A stretch of 64,000 nt of DNA from an uncultured Alphaproteobacteria bacterium (GTDB lineage Bacteria; Pseudomonadota; Alphaproteobacteria; RF32; CAG-239), in contig CALXTQ010000013.1 of the NCBI GenBank assembly GCA_944391485.1, positions 809 to 64,808 of the forward strand, written 5' to 3'. Made by a program: the position numbers and the translations under genes. This document shows, piece after piece, positions 8,888-18,425 of the stretch. The number at the start of each line of letters is the position of its first letter. Position 1 is the stretch's first letter. Under the pieces are notes generated by a model. That model was not told the DNA's origin, searched no databases, and saw nothing but the letters and a program-made list of their open reading frames with translations.

Positions 8888-10467
8888 TGCCGCTGCTGGA
8901 AGTTAAAAATCTGTCGGTTTTTTTCAGGTCGGACGAAGGAGCCGATGTTCAGGCCGTGAACAATATTTCCTATGATCTGCAGGCGGGAGAGGTTTTGGGT
9001 ATTGTCGGAGAGTCTGGTTCGGGAAAATCTGCCGCGGCGCTTTCTGTTCTGGGGCTTTTGCCGTATCCGAAAGCATATCATAATGCCGGAGCGTCGGTAA
9101 AATTTGAGGGAAAAGAGCTGATCGGAGCCGGGGATGATGTTTTGCGCGGAGTGCGCGGCAACGATATTTCCTTTATTTTTCAGGAGCCGATGTCATCGTT
9201 GAATCCGCTGCATACGGTGGAAAAACAAATAAGCGAAACTTTACGGCTCCACCGGGGGTTAAGCGGCAGAGAAGCCAAAAAAGAGGTGTTGAAACTTCTT
9301 AAAATGACCGGAATAAAAAACGCGCGGGCGCGGATGAGGTCTTTTCCTTTTGAGTTGTCGGGCGGACAACGGCAAAGGGTTATGATTGCCATGGCGATTG
9401 CCAATAATCCGAAACTTCTGATTGCCGACGAACCGACGACTGCGCTTGACGTTACTGTTCAGGCACAGATTCTGGACCTGCTTATGGCTTTGAAAGAAAA
9501 ACTCAATATGGCGGTTATTTTTATAAGTCATGATCTGGGAGTAGTCAGAAAAATAGCTTCCAAAATCTGCGTGATGAGAAACGGCCGGATTGTGGAACAA
9601 GGCAGAACGGAAGATGTTTTTTCCTCGCCGCAAAATCCGTATACAAAGCAGCTGCTTGCCGCGGCGGTTTTGCGCAGGGATAAGGGATTATCCGGGCAGG
9701 AACGGCTGCTCGAGGCACAGAATATCATGGTTTCGTATCCGTTGAAAAAAAATATCTGGGGCCGGGTTATTGAAGAGGTAAAGGCGGTCGATAATGTCAG
9801 TTTTACGCTAAATACGGCGGAAACACTGGGAATTGTCGGAGAGTCCGGTTCGGGAAAAACCACTCTCGGAACAGCCGTGGCAAAATTGATAAAATTTAAT
9901 GGAAAAATTGATATTTTTCAAAGAGATAATAAAAAAAACAGAAATTTCAGAAGATGCGTTCAGATTGTTTTTCAGGATCCGTATAATTCATTGAATCCGC
10001 GGATGAGCGTGGCTCAGATTGTCGGCGAGGGGCTGGAGGTTCATTTTTCCGGGCTCAGCAAGGACGAGAAAAGAAAGAAAGTTGTCAAGGCTCTGAAAGA
10101 CGTCGGGCTGGACGAGAAATCGCTTCTGAAATATCCGCATGAGTTTTCCGGCGGACAGAGACAGAGAATTGCCATTGCCAGAGCTTTGGTCGTCGAACCC
10201 GAACTTTTGATCCTGGATGAACCGACATCGGCGCTGGACGTAACTATTCAGGCTCAGATTATCGACTTGCTACAGGAGATCCAAAAGAAAAAGAAATTGT
10301 CTTATATTTTTATTTCGCACGATATGAAAGCTGTGCGCGCTGTTTCTGATAAGGTTGCCGTTATGAAAGACGGAAAGTTTGTCGAAGTCGGCAGCTGCCG
10401 CGAGATATTTGAACATCCGAAAGATGAATATACCAAGAAACTCATCGCGGCATCGGCGGCGGTTTAA
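8887..10467 (+). CDS. yejF: ABC transporter ATP-binding protein with two fused ATPase domains (YejF-like)
   Basis: 526 aa; two Walker A (GESGSGKS, GESGSGKT), two LSGGQRQR signatures, two Walker B/D-loops. Confidence 0.85.
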   Translation: MPLLEVKNLSVFFRSDEGADVQAVNNISYDLQAGEVLGIVGESGSGKSAAALSVLGLLPYPKAYHNAGASVKFEGKELIGAGDDVLRGVRGNDISFIFQEPMSSLNPLHTVEKQISETLRLHRGLSGREAKKEVLKLLKMTGIKNARARMRSFPFELSGGQRQRVMIAMAIANNPKLLIADEPTTALDVTVQAQILDLLMALKEKLNMAVIFISHDLGVVRKIASKICVMRNGRIVEQGRTEDVFSSPQNPYTKQLLAAAVLRRDKGLSGQERLLEAQNIMVSYPLKKNIWGRVIEEVKAVDNVSFTLNTAETLGIVGESGSGKTTLGTAVAKLIKFNGKIDIFQRDNKKNRNFRRCVQIVFQDPYNSLNPRMSVAQIVGEGLEVHFSGLSKDEKRKKVVKALKDVGLDEKSLLKYPHEFSGGQRQRIAIARALVVEPELLILDEPTSALDVTIQAQIIDLLQEIQKKKKLSYIFISHDMKAVRAVSDKVAVMKDGKFVEVGSCREIFEHPKDEYTKKLIAASAAV

Positions 10468-10518
10468 TTCCGGTCTGTTTTGACGGCGCCGGCGTATAAA
10501 ATTATACAAATTTTTATT

Positions 10519-10546
10519 CAGCTCGTTCTGAGAGCTCTTGTTTTTT
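10519..10546 (+). terminator. terminator hairpin after yejF containing 17-nt palindromic element AGCTCGTTCTGAGAGCT
   Basis: AGCTC-gttctga-GAGCT stem-loop followed by cttgTTTTTT. Confidence 0.45.
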
Positions 10547-10795
10547 ATTTTAGATAATCTTTTTAGATTTAGATATCCGGGTTTTTATAAATATATTTTA
10601 TAAACATAATATATATTATGCGACAAATATGTTTATGTCTTTGAGGCCTCTCTCCTAAAAATAATAAGCAAAACAAAAAGTTATCTGTTTCGTCAAAAGT
10701 TAATTTCCATGCGGTTTTTATGATGAAAAAACGCAAATAAGAAACTGATGCGGTTTTCATTGAGAAAAATGCCGAAAAAGTATTTTCACAGGCTG

Positions 10796-10812
10796 AGCTC
10801 GTTCTGAGAGCT
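10796..10812. repeat. second copy of 17-nt palindromic element AGCTCGTTCTGAGAGCT (first at 10520-10536)
   Basis: exact 17/17 identity with similar flanks (T.AGCTCGTTCTGAGAGCT.TG); the two copies bracket a ~260-bp AT-rich segment. Confidence 0.7.
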
Positions 10813-10854
10813 TCTGAAAATAACCGGGACAATGCCCGGCTATTTTCCCGGGTA

Positions 10855-11304
10855 TTATTTTTTTTCGTTTATCGGCGGAACTTTGGCCAGCTGCCCTGTC
10901 GCCGTTATTTCACAGCCTTTGGTCCGCAATGCCTCTTTTCCTGCCGGGTCAAAGGTATAATAATAAATAAGCTCGCGTTGATTTATGCGTTTTGCATCTA
11001 TGGCGGCTTCGGGGATTCCCCAAATAACGGAAATCGGCCAGGTCAGCAGATTTAGAAAGCCGTAGAGATAATGGCTGCTGTCGCCGCCATTGCCGGAAGC
11101 CAGATAAAAATTTCCGAAACCGGGAAGAATGTTTAGAGCTCCCGCGCCTGCCGCGTTTGCCGGGGTATCCCAGCCGCCGAGAGGTTTGTCGACGGTAATT
11201 CCCTGTGCTTTTAGACTGCGCAGAGTGTTTCTTTCCTGGTAAGTTAATGAAGTGCAGGCCGAAAGCGCTACGCTTAACGCGGCTGCCATCGCAATTTTTT
11301 TCAT
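10855..11304 (-). CDS. lipoprotein, unknown function
   Basis: 149 aa; lipobox LSAC after MKKIAMAAALSVA signal. Confidence 0.6.
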   Translation of the reverse strand: MKKIAMAAALSVALSACTSLTYQERNTLRSLKAQGITVDKPLGGWDTPANAAGAGALNILPGFGNFYLASGNGGDSSHYLYGFLNLLTWPISVIWGIPEAAIDAKRINQRELIYYYTFDPAGKEALRTKGCEITATGQLAKVPPINEKK

Positions 11305-11328
11305 TTTAGAACATCCGTAATTTCAGTT

Positions 11329-11358
11329 AAAACAAAACCCACCAAAAATAAGGTGGGC
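11329..11358 (-). terminator. rho-independent terminator on minus strand (CCCACC-loop-GGTGGG + T-tract)
   Basis: reverse complement reads CCGCCCACC ttattttt GGTGGG TTTTGTTTT; lies ~275 nt downstream of the 11632 gene end. Confidence 0.5.
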
Positions 11359-11631
11359 GGATGTTCAGAAACCGTATATTACCAGACGGCTCGGCCTATT
11401 TGGCGCAAAACCTTATTCAGCCGACATCCGTCCGATACAGACATAAGAAGCCGGCATAAAATTTTAAGTCGTTATGCTAACGACTGGTAATAAAAGGGTT
11501 TCTGACGCCCTGGACATAACTCAATATGTCTGACCCCAGATTAACTTTTGATGGCGAAATTGTAAAGAATAAAATACCGAATACTCTTGAAAAAGTATCC
11601 GGTATGTTGGGTTAAAATGGCTATCTCTTTG

Positions 11632-11973
11632 TTATTTGGCTAAAATAACCTTAACCAGATTCAGCAGATAGACAACCATAATAAAGGCTGCGGCGCGGAC
11701 AGCTATGATATAGAGCCCTGCTCCGTGTCCTATGACCGCAAACTGGATTATCAGCGCCGCAACGATGCCGCAGCCGGCAATAATGGCCCAGTAATTGCGC
11801 GTGTTGATGAACAAAAAGGCGCAAACAGCCGCAGAAACAAGTATATACGGGCTTTTTCCCATATGGAAAATCTGATGAAAAAAGCCTTTGAGAGCCGGAA
11901 TATGGAATATGTGCGCGGCCAAAATCAGGCAGATTATGACGGCCAGTATATAAAGCGCGGTTTTTCTTTTCAT
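11632..11973 (-). CDS. small integral membrane protein (3-4 TM), unknown function
   Basis: ORF 11632-12186 overlaps the HD gene; likely true start MKRKTALYILAVIICL at about 11973. Confidence 0.45.
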   Translation of the reverse strand: MKRKTALYILAVIICLILAAHIFHIPALKGFFHQIFHMGKSPYILVSAAVCAFLFINTRNYWAIIAGCGIVAALIIQFAVIGHGAGLYIIAVRAAAFIMVVYLLNLVKVILAK

Positions 11974-12058
11974 CTCTTTCCTCCTCTTTTTTCTTTGTTT
12001 TGTGATAACAAAAAAGACATTGCTTCGCAATTGATATCGTTTCTGTGCACAGAAAAAT

Positions 12059-12979
12059 TCATTTCTGAGCAAGAGCGTCATAAATGCGCGCAACAATATC
12101 GCTTTGATATCCGCCCAGAACCTGCCGGCGCGCATAAGCCAAAAATTCGGGCAAAACAGGATGCCCGGCTCTTTGGTGCCGGTCATAATAGCAGGCTGTC
12201 AGAACCGCGTCGGCCCTGTCCAGATCTTTGACGAAACGGGCTTCCGGGCTTTCCTTTTCCTCATATTCGGTAAAACGGGAGATTAAATCCGGTTCCTGCA
12301 GAGAAACGGATATCTCGTTTATTGCCTGCAGTTCCAGCTTGTGTTTTTCTTCCGGCAATATCGGATCATGCGGCGTGTAATCTCCGGTCAGGATTTCCTG
12401 AATATCATGAGAAATCGCCAGGGTTACCGCCCGGAACAGATTGATGTCCGGCGCGGCAAAAAGAAGCGCCAGCAAAGAGACGGCGTAAGAATGTTCCGCC
12501 ACGGATTCCGGATTGGCAATCCGGTGCATTTTCCAGCCGCTGCGGCGGAGGTTGTCCGCTTTTGTAAAAATATCCGCTAAACCGGGGTTTGAAACAGGCT
12601 TCAGACAGGAAGCACCCCTTTCCTCCCCGGCATTGAGGCTTTTGACAAATGCAACTTCCGGCGATTGTGTGAAATGCGCTTCATGATATAATTCCATAAT
12701 GCGCGGATTTTCCGTCGCTAGAGACAACTCCTCTGCCAGCTGCCCGTCAAGATTAAAAACTACGGCAAAAGTCAGAAGTTTTTCGGGACTGACGTTTTCG
12801 GGATGTTTTAAGGCAGCGGTAAAAACCGTTCTGAAGCCTTTGGCGGCCGGCGATATACCCTGTTTGCCCGGTTCGCGGATTTTTCCCATGATTTCAGCCA
12901 ATTTTTCTATCTGCGGCATCTTTCCTTCCTTTTTTTTCAGATTTAGCATCAGATACCGGGTTTGGCAACAGAAAAACAA
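12059..12979 (-). CDS. HD-domain phosphohydrolase (YfbR-like) with ~150-aa N-terminal domain of unknown function
   Basis: C-terminal half has H...HD...D metal-binding pattern (AEHSYAVS...ISHDIQE...D); N-terminal half unassigned. Confidence 0.65.
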   Translation of the reverse strand: MFFCCQTRYLMLNLKKKEGKMPQIEKLAEIMGKIREPGKQGISPAAKGFRTVFTAALKHPENVSPEKLLTFAVVFNLDGQLAEELSLATENPRIMELYHEAHFTQSPEVAFVKSLNAGEERGASCLKPVSNPGLADIFTKADNLRRSGWKMHRIANPESVAEHSYAVSLLALLFAAPDINLFRAVTLAISHDIQEILTGDYTPHDPILPEEKHKLELQAINEISVSLQEPDLISRFTEYEEKESPEARFVKDLDRADAVLTACYYDRHQRAGHPVLPEFLAYARRQVLGGYQSDIVARIYDALAQK

Positions 12980-13031
12980 GATACGAAAAAACCGCTCCGT
13001 TTGCTACGGAGCGGCCTGATAAAAGCTTATA

Positions 13032-13607
13032 TTAGAAAGAATATCTGATACCTGCGTTAACTTCGTTCAGGTTCTTGACTTCTTTCATGCCGAGGTGCGT
13101 GTATCTGTACATAACACGGGCGGCAAAGTTTTCGGTAAAGTCATACTGCATACCGACACCGGCACGGTAACCGACTCTCTGCTTGTCATCACTGCCGAAA
13201 TGTCCGCGGTATTTCAGTTTTACATTGTAGTTGGCAACACCGAGAGAGCCAACCAGATTAAAACCGTCGCAGCCGATCGGCATATAACCGAACAAATCTA
13301 AACCAAATGCATAAAATTCAGATTTTGTTTGATAGGGAGTGCCCTTCATGGATTTTCTTTCGCCAGACTGCTGGAAGAAAGCTTCTAAACCGACATAGTC
13401 GTCAAATCTGATACCGGCATTGATAGCGCCAGAATTGTAATCTTTTTTGATACCGGTTTCTTTTTTGATGTTTGCGTTAGTATAAATATAATCAATACCG
13501 ATATAAGGTCTTAAGTCCCGCATATTGTAGTCCGCAGCATTTGCGCCGAAAGAGAAAAGACAAGCAACTCCTGCTAAAAGTAATGTTTTCTTCATATTAA
13601 ACTCCAT
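13032..13607 (-). CDS. outer-membrane beta-barrel protein (OmpA-like/OmpW-like porin family)
   Basis: 191 aa, signal peptide ending ANA-ADY, alternating amphipathic strands, C-terminal RYSF with terminal Phe. Confidence 0.7.
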   Translation of the reverse strand: MEFNMKKTLLLAGVACLFSFGANAADYNMRDLRPYIGIDYIYTNANIKKETGIKKDYNSGAINAGIRFDDYVGLEAFFQQSGERKSMKGTPYQTKSEFYAFGLDLFGYMPIGCDGFNLVGSLGVANYNVKLKYRGHFGSDDKQRVGYRAGVGMQYDFTENFAARVMYRYTHLGMKEVKNLNEVNAGIRYSF

Positions 13608-13849
13608 TTATAAATAGGTTTGAATTTCTCTACATTCTACAATCAAAAGTCGGTTGTAATTATTTAATTAAACAAGTAACAGTAGTTATAATAACAACGA
13701 ATTTTGAAATTGCAACCATAAATATTATAAAATTAGTAAAGCTATAATATTTGTATTTTGCATATAATAATGAATAAAACGATTTAAAGGGTGCAAAGCT
13801 TAAATAATCTGCTAGATTGTAAAAAACGAATATCAGGAGAATTGTTGCG

Positions 13850-14485
13850 ATGAGTTTTGTATGTCCCGAAAAAAACTGCAGTCTTTGCCCGCGTCTGGTG
13901 GAGTTTCGCCGGGGGAATATTGCCAAGTTTCCTTCTTATTACAATGGGCCGGTGCCTCCTTTCGGGCCGATTGACGCGGAAGTTTTGATTGTGGGGCTGG
14001 CTCCCGGACTGAACGGGGCCAACCAGACGGCACGGCCGTTTACCAATGACTATGCCGGAGATGTGCTGTACCCTGTTCTGAAAAAATACGGTTTTGCCAA
14101 AGGCGAATATAAAAAGCGCAGGGATGACGGTTTTGAACTCATAAATGTGCGGATTACAAATTCTGTCCGCTGTGTTCCGCCGCAAAATAAAGTAACCGGC
14201 GATGAGGTCAAAACCTGCGGACAGTTTCTTATTGAAGAAATAAAAGACATGAAACGCCTGAAGATTATCCTGACCCTGGGGAGCGTTGCCCATAGCGCCG
14301 TTTTGGGCGTGCTGGGTTACCGGAAAGCCGCTTTTAAGTTTTCTCATAATGCCGTTCATGTCCTTGATAGACATAATATCTTAATGGTAAATTCGTACCA
14401 TACTTCCCGCTATAATATAAATACGGGCGTCCTGACTTATGAAATGTTTGAAAAGGTAATAGAAAATATCAAGTCCAAATTATAG
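13850..14485 (+). CDS. uracil-DNA glycosylase, family 4/5 type
   Basis: 4 N-terminal Cys (C-x2-C-x6-C...), GLAPGLNGANQTARPF motif, and a C-terminal HTSRYN-like (HPS) motif. Confidence 0.75.
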   Translation: MSFVCPEKNCSLCPRLVEFRRGNIAKFPSYYNGPVPPFGPIDAEVLIVGLAPGLNGANQTARPFTNDYAGDVLYPVLKKYGFAKGEYKKRRDDGFELINVRITNSVRCVPPQNKVTGDEVKTCGQFLIEEIKDMKRLKIILTLGSVAHSAVLGVLGYRKAAFKFSHNAVHVLDRHNILMVNSYHTSRYNINTGVLTYEMFEKVIENIKSKL

Positions 14486-14548
14486 AAAAAAATTCCAGTA
14501 CAATAAATAGTTTACAATTTCGTATATTTATATATAATTTGCCAATAT

Positions 14549-16513
14549 TTGTTGAACTGTAAAGGACTTATCATGTTTTCGTTTATTAAAAAGAGCCTTT
14601 TTCGGGCCGCTTTTGGATTATTTTTGTTTTTCATTTACATTTTAATCGGGACTTTGTGGACAGGCGCTGTTTTTGGCAGCGTTACCTTTGAGCAGATGAT
14701 TTTCAATCTGACCCAGCCGCTGAAAGGCGTTGATACGGGAATCATCCGCAATATGATATTATGGGTGTTTGTTTTCGGTTTTGCCGCGGCCTTTGTTTTG
14801 TGGCGTCCCTGGATTGTCTTGTCTCGTTTCAGACGGCTGCGGAAATTTTCCGCCTCCGTCAGGAACAACCCGCGCGGTTACCGTCTTTTGCTGATGTCAT
14901 GCACGGCTGTTGCGGCAATTGCAACCGCTTTTATCAGGCTTAAGGTTTATGACTGGTATGCCGGAATGGTTCAGGTTGGTGATATTTATGAAAAAAACTA
15001 TAAAATTCCCGAAAAATTTGCTTTTGACGGTAAAAAAAGAAATCTTATTCTGATTTTTGGCGAATCTATGGAAAAAATTTATGCCGATGAAAAAGTCTTT
15101 AATGAGAATCTTTTGCCGAGACTGACCGAACTGGGCAATAAATATGACACTTTTCTTGGATTTAAGCCGGCTTTGGGAACAACCTGGACTATTGCGGGAA
15201 TAACGACAACCCTGTGCGGAACGCCCATGAAACTGGTTATGGGCAATGAAATGAATTATTTTTCTGATTTTATGCCCAATATGGTTTGTTTTCCTCAGGT
15301 TTTGAAGAAACATGGTTATCGCAACTATTACTTGCAGGGCTCCTCCCTTTCTTTTTCGGGATTTTCCAATATGCTCCGCCAGCACGGATTTGATGAGTAC
15401 GCAGGCCGCGAAGAACTTCTCTCCGAGGATCCGTCGCGGGAGAAAGATATTACGAACTGGGGAATTAGCGATGAAGAACTGTTTAATATTGCCCGCGACA
15501 AGCTGAAGAAAATTTCGAAAGACGGAAAGCCTTTTGTTCTGGCGATGGCAACCATCGATACGCATCCGCCTTCCGGTTATCTAAACAGATCCTGCCCGAA
15601 AAGGCACGGAGATCTCCGCGATATGTACAGTTGCACGGATCAGCTTATGGGAGAGTTTATTGACTGGGTGAAGCGGCAGGATTTTTATAAAGATACGGTT
15701 ATTGTCGTGGTCGGCGACCATCTGCTGATGCGTAATTCTCTGTATGATGAATTTTTATATAAGCAAAATCACCGGGAGTTATTGAATCTGTTTATTAATT
15801 CGGCCGTAACGGCATCGGTCAAAGACAGGCCTTTTTCTACTCTGGATTTTGCGGCAACAATTCTTGAGGCCATGGGTATCCGGCTGCCGGATCACCGTTA
15901 CGGGCTGGGCGTTTCTCTTTATTCCGGCGCCCCTACCCTGGCCGAGAGTTACGGAGACAGTCTGGACAGCGAACTGGCCAAGCGTTCTGAAGTTTATGAA
16001 AAGTTTTTTAATAAGTCTTCTGTTCTTGACGCTGATTTTTCGCAGGAAAAGTACTTTGACTACCGGCCGGGGACAAAGTTGTGCTTTTATCATGACGAAA
16101 AATGCGGAAATGCCATGAAATATGCCGTCGTCGGGACTTTTTTTCCCAGTAAGAAAGATGTTACCTGGACACATGCCCGCGATATCGAGTTTAAGTTGAA
16201 TGTCGGCAAACGTCCTGACACGGATCTGCTTTTAAAGGTTAAAGTCGATGTGTTCATGACGGAAGAAAAAAATAAGCGCAAGACAAGAATACTGGTTAAC
16301 GGGCACAGAATCGGGACCTGGAAATATTCTTACGGCGACGGACAGCCCTTTTTCCGGGAGGTTGTGATTCCGAAAGAAGACGTGGACGATAATGGCAATA
16401 TCTATCTGGTTTTTGAGACAAAGGGGATCGGTTCCCTGAAAAAGTTGGGAATTGCCGATGAAGATTACGGCCTGTATCTTGGCTTTAAGGAGATGGGCAT
16501 CACGGAAATGTAG
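14549..16513 (+). CDS. sulfatase-family phosphoglycerol/phosphoethanolamine transferase (OpgB/MdoB/LtaS-like)
   Basis: 654 aa; N-terminal TM helices; catalytic core LILIFGESMEK, TTWTIAGITTTLCG, VVVGDHLL all intact. Confidence 0.75.
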   Translation: MLNCKGLIMFSFIKKSLFRAAFGLFLFFIYILIGTLWTGAVFGSVTFEQMIFNLTQPLKGVDTGIIRNMILWVFVFGFAAAFVLWRPWIVLSRFRRLRKFSASVRNNPRGYRLLLMSCTAVAAIATAFIRLKVYDWYAGMVQVGDIYEKNYKIPEKFAFDGKKRNLILIFGESMEKIYADEKVFNENLLPRLTELGNKYDTFLGFKPALGTTWTIAGITTTLCGTPMKLVMGNEMNYFSDFMPNMVCFPQVLKKHGYRNYYLQGSSLSFSGFSNMLRQHGFDEYAGREELLSEDPSREKDITNWGISDEELFNIARDKLKKISKDGKPFVLAMATIDTHPPSGYLNRSCPKRHGDLRDMYSCTDQLMGEFIDWVKRQDFYKDTVIVVVGDHLLMRNSLYDEFLYKQNHRELLNLFINSAVTASVKDRPFSTLDFAATILEAMGIRLPDHRYGLGVSLYSGAPTLAESYGDSLDSELAKRSEVYEKFFNKSSVLDADFSQEKYFDYRPGTKLCFYHDEKCGNAMKYAVVGTFFPSKKDVTWTHARDIEFKLNVGKRPDTDLLLKVKVDVFMTEEKNKRKTRILVNGHRIGTWKYSYGDGQPFFREVVIPKEDVDDNGNIYLVFETKGIGSLKKLGIADEDYGLYLGFKEMGITEM

Positions 16514-16656
16514 AAAATTTTTTGCTAAAGTCCCCGTTTTCCGGGGGCTTTTAATGTTTATAAAACCGGAGATATTCCGTTGTCGTAATTTATTTAAGTC
16601 GAACGTCAATACAGTCGCCGTTCTTCAAAAGCCTGATATCAGGCCTTGCGGCATAT

Positions 16657-17232
16657 TCAGTTTCCGATGCCCGCAAAGCCCATAAAAGCCATAGACAGCA
16701 GGCCTGCCGTCAAAAGCGCTATCGGCGCGCCCTGAATGGCCTGGGGCAGTCTGGTTCTGGACATTCTTTCCCGCAAACCGGCAAAGAGCACGATTGCCAG
16801 CGTAAAGCCCATGGCGTTGGCGAGGCCGTAGCAGACGGACGAAAGAAGGCCGAACTGTTTCTGAATGGCGAGGATCGCAACGCCGAGAACCGCGCAGTTT
16901 GTCGTAATCAGCGGCAGAAATATTCCCAGAGCCTGATATAACGGGGGCGAAACTTTTTTCAGGATAATCTCCACCATTTGCACCAAAGAGGCGATGACCA
17001 GAATGAAGACGACCGTTATCATAAAGGTTAGATCACAGGGAACCAGCAGTTTGTAGTAAATAAGAAAAGTTACTATTGCCGACAGGGTCATGACAAACAT
17101 AACGGCGAAGCCCATGCCGAGAGCCGTCGAAACTTTTTTGGAAACGCCCAGAAAAGGGCAAATGCCGAGAAACTGCGACAAAACAATATTGTTGACGAAA
17201 ATCGCCGAGATAAAGATCATCAGATAACTCAT
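16657..17232 (-). CDS. rnfA: Rnf/Rsx electron transport complex subunit A
   Basis: 191 aa polytopic, homologous pair with the adjacent rnfE (NqrDE family). Confidence 0.9.
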   Translation of the reverse strand: MSYLMIFISAIFVNNIVLSQFLGICPFLGVSKKVSTALGMGFAVMFVMTLSAIVTFLIYYKLLVPCDLTFMITVVFILVIASLVQMVEIILKKVSPPLYQALGIFLPLITTNCAVLGVAILAIQKQFGLLSSVCYGLANAMGFTLAIVLFAGLRERMSRTRLPQAIQGAPIALLTAGLLSMAFMGFAGIGN

Positions 17233-17828
17233 TGTTTTGCCCTCCTCAGTTTGTTGACCAGCATTATCAGACCGGCCAGAGCCATAAATGCGCCAGGCGG
17301 CATGATGAACAACAGGACGGGATCGGCGTTTTCGCCTAGAAAAGACCAGCCAAAAATTGAACCGGCGCCCAGAATTTCGCGAACAATTCCCAGAGATGTC
17401 AGTCCCAGCGTGAAGCCCAGTCCCATGCCGACGGCATCCAAAACCGACTGATAAATGTTATTTTTGGAGGCAAAAGCCTCTGCCCGGCCCAAAATGATGC
17501 AGTTGACGACAATCAACGGAATAAAAATACCCAGGCGGGCGTGCAGCGCCGGCAGGTAGGCGGCCATTAACAGGTCCACAACCGTTACAAAAGACGCGAT
17601 AATGACAATATAACAGGGAATTCTTACCATGTCGGGAATAATTCTTTTGACTGCGGAAATGGCAATGTTGGACAGGATTAAGACAAACAGAGTGGCCAAC
17701 CCCATGCCGACGCCGTTGGATGCGGAAGTCGTTACTCCGAGTGTCGGGCACATGCCCAGAAGCATTACAAAAGTGGGATTTTCCCTGATGAGTCCCCGGG
17801 TCAGATTTTCATAACTGGTTTTATCCAT
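17229..17828 (-). CDS. rnfE: Rnf/Rsx electron transport complex subunit E
   Basis: 199 aa polytopic NqrD-like; overlaps rnfA by 4 nt. Confidence 0.9.
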   Translation of the reverse strand: MDKTSYENLTRGLIRENPTFVMLLGMCPTLGVTTSASNGVGMGLATLFVLILSNIAISAVKRIIPDMVRIPCYIVIIASFVTVVDLLMAAYLPALHARLGIFIPLIVVNCIILGRAEAFASKNNIYQSVLDAVGMGLGFTLGLTSLGIVREILGAGSIFGWSFLGENADPVLLFIMPPGAFMALAGLIMLVNKLRRAKQ

Positions 17829-17830
17829 CT

Positions 17831-18424
17831 TTAATTCCCCGCTGAAAATTTGTTGTATGCGTCAATCGCCCGCTGAACGGCGTCGATGACCGCGCGGGAG
17901 CTTATGGTGGCCGCCGTTACGGCGTCGATGTCGCCGCCGTCCTGTCTGACTTTAAAGTTCATGTACGACGGATAGATGTTTCGAAACTGGCTGCTGAATT
18001 TTTCTTCGATAACTTTTGTTCCCAGACCGGGCGTTTCCTTATGGTCGATAACTTTATATCCCGTCAGCCGCCCGTCCAGACTGAAGCCGACGATCAGTTC
18101 CATGCGTCCGCCAAAAGCTTTGTTGGTGTATGTTTTGATGGCCATTCCGTTGATAATGCCGTTTAGCCGCGTCGGATAGAGTTCCAGTCTGCCGTTGCCA
18201 TCGGCTGCCGTGATCACTGTCTTTTCGGCAAAAGGATTGTTGTCGAATTTTTCCGCGACAACTTCTGCGACGGCCTGCATTTCGCGCAGATCTTTGGCTT
18301 TTTGAATCGGGCCTTTGGTCGTTTCGTGCACATAAGCCAGAATCAGGGCGGAAATACCGGCGACAATTGTCAATATCAGCGCCATGTTAAACAAAGTTGA
18401 AGGTAGGGTTTTCTTGTCAGTCAT
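17831..18424 (-). CDS. rnfG: Rnf/Rsx electron transport complex subunit G (FMN-binding)
   Basis: 197 aa, N-terminal TM, C-terminal DAVTAATISSRAV FMN-attachment motif. Confidence 0.85.
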   Translation of the reverse strand: MTDKKTLPSTLFNMALILTIVAGISALILAYVHETTKGPIQKAKDLREMQAVAEVVAEKFDNNPFAEKTVITAADGNGRLELYPTRLNGIINGMAIKTYTNKAFGGRMELIVGFSLDGRLTGYKVIDHKETPGLGTKVIEEKFSSQFRNIYPSYMNFKVRQDGGDIDAVTAATISSRAVIDAVQRAIDAYNKFSAGN

Positions 18425-18425
18425 T

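Noticed and set aside
10569-10832. 87-aa minus-strand ORF in the AT-rich segment between the palindromic repeats
   Set aside because: Phe/Ile/Lys-rich translation of AT-rich DNA with no RBS; more likely non-coding.
12059-12979. HD-domain protein as a possible anti-phage dNTPase or defence nuclease
   Set aside because: The domain is short and YfbR-like (5'-nucleotidase type), it sits among envelope and housekeeping genes, and there is no partner defence gene.
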